A stretch of DNA of 63,765 nt, the filler included, from Reclinomonas americana ATCC 50394 (lineage: Eukaryota), in assembly GCA_048213135.1 (NCBI GenBank). It is 8 parts of 8 records of this genome, joined end to end, with 100 filler letters (N's around TTAATTAATTAA, not from the genome) between each part and the next. Parts side by side here need not be neighbours in the genome. Positions count along the whole stretch, not along the records: positions 61,172 to 63,765 come from AFZH01020928.1; 7 more parts are not named here. One strand, 5' to 3'. Numbering within the stretch: position 1 is the first letter of the stretch; each line of letters starts with the position of its first letter. A program made the translations under genes and the position numbers. The notes beneath the pieces were generated by a model. It was not told where the DNA came from. It saw only the letters and a program-made list of their open reading frames with translations, and ran no database searches. This document shows positions 63,398 through 63,765 of the stretch, piece by piece.

Positions 63398-63765
63398 CAA
63401 AAAAGACTGGGGTCGACGAGACTCCGATGCACCACAACCTCGGCCTCCTCCACCATGAAACACCGCAGAACAAGCTCGGGAACGCATCGTGAATCCACTT
63501 CCTCCTCGGTGGCCCTCTCCTCCTCCTGCATCTCCTGCACGGCGCGCATGGCCGAGCGCGCAGCGTCGAGTTCGAAGTGAGCGAGGCCACGCGGCGTGGA
63601 CGACACTCGGATCGTCTTGTCAGTGCCACCCGAACTCACAATGTGGAGACCCTCGGGAGAGACGGCCACGGACGAAACCCATCCGTCATGACCCTCCAAC
63701 CGTCGCACTTCCTCTCCACTCTCCAGAGACCACACCCTAATGGTGCAGTCTCCACTCCCACTAAG
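63398..63765 (-). CDS. Partial WD40-repeat protein (last repeats plus following helix); downstream exons unresolved
   Basis: SGSGDCTIRVWSLESGEEVRRLEGHDGWVSSVAVSPEGLHIVSSGGTDKTIRV. Confidence 0.85.

Noticed and set aside
1..63765. tRNA/rRNA genes, alternative genetic code, taxonomic assignment
   Set aside because: No RNA gene recognised by eye; genes splice cleanly under the standard code with TAA, TAG and TGA all used as stops; no marker here lets me name the lineage.

Overview
Intron-rich eukaryotic genomic DNA, probably a protist (taxon not determinable here), in 8 contigs joined by artificial 100-nt linkers (44 N + TTAATTAATTAA + 44 N). The ORF track is mostly noise because most introns are ~60-80 nt, so I spliced the genes by eye using reading frame and family motifs. 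Genes in order: Pmp-like beta-helix repeat protein (partial), FN3-repeat surface protein (frameshifted), CorA-family Mg2+ transporter with long N-terminal extension, catalytically degenerate AHCY-like protein, 69-aa orphan membrane protein, UBZ/PY/MIU ubiquitin adaptor, PA200/PSME4, ependymin-like secreted protein, SCP/CTDSP-type phosphatase, CaaX-tailed kinesin-3, CLC transporter, GT61 glycosyltransferase, giant type-I adhesin with ~29 bacterial-style cadherin-like repeats, bacterial-type cupin and a partial WD40 protein. The strongest unusual signal is a large class of 5' splice sites reading H|GTTGCG(T): 28 frame-supported cases, none preceded by an exonic G. This fits a one-nucleotide-shifted U1 register and comes with a candidate GA-AG intron. 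Also notable are the AHCY pseudoenzyme and the exon-per-repeat cadherin-like receptor. All gene models are manual and lack transcript support.
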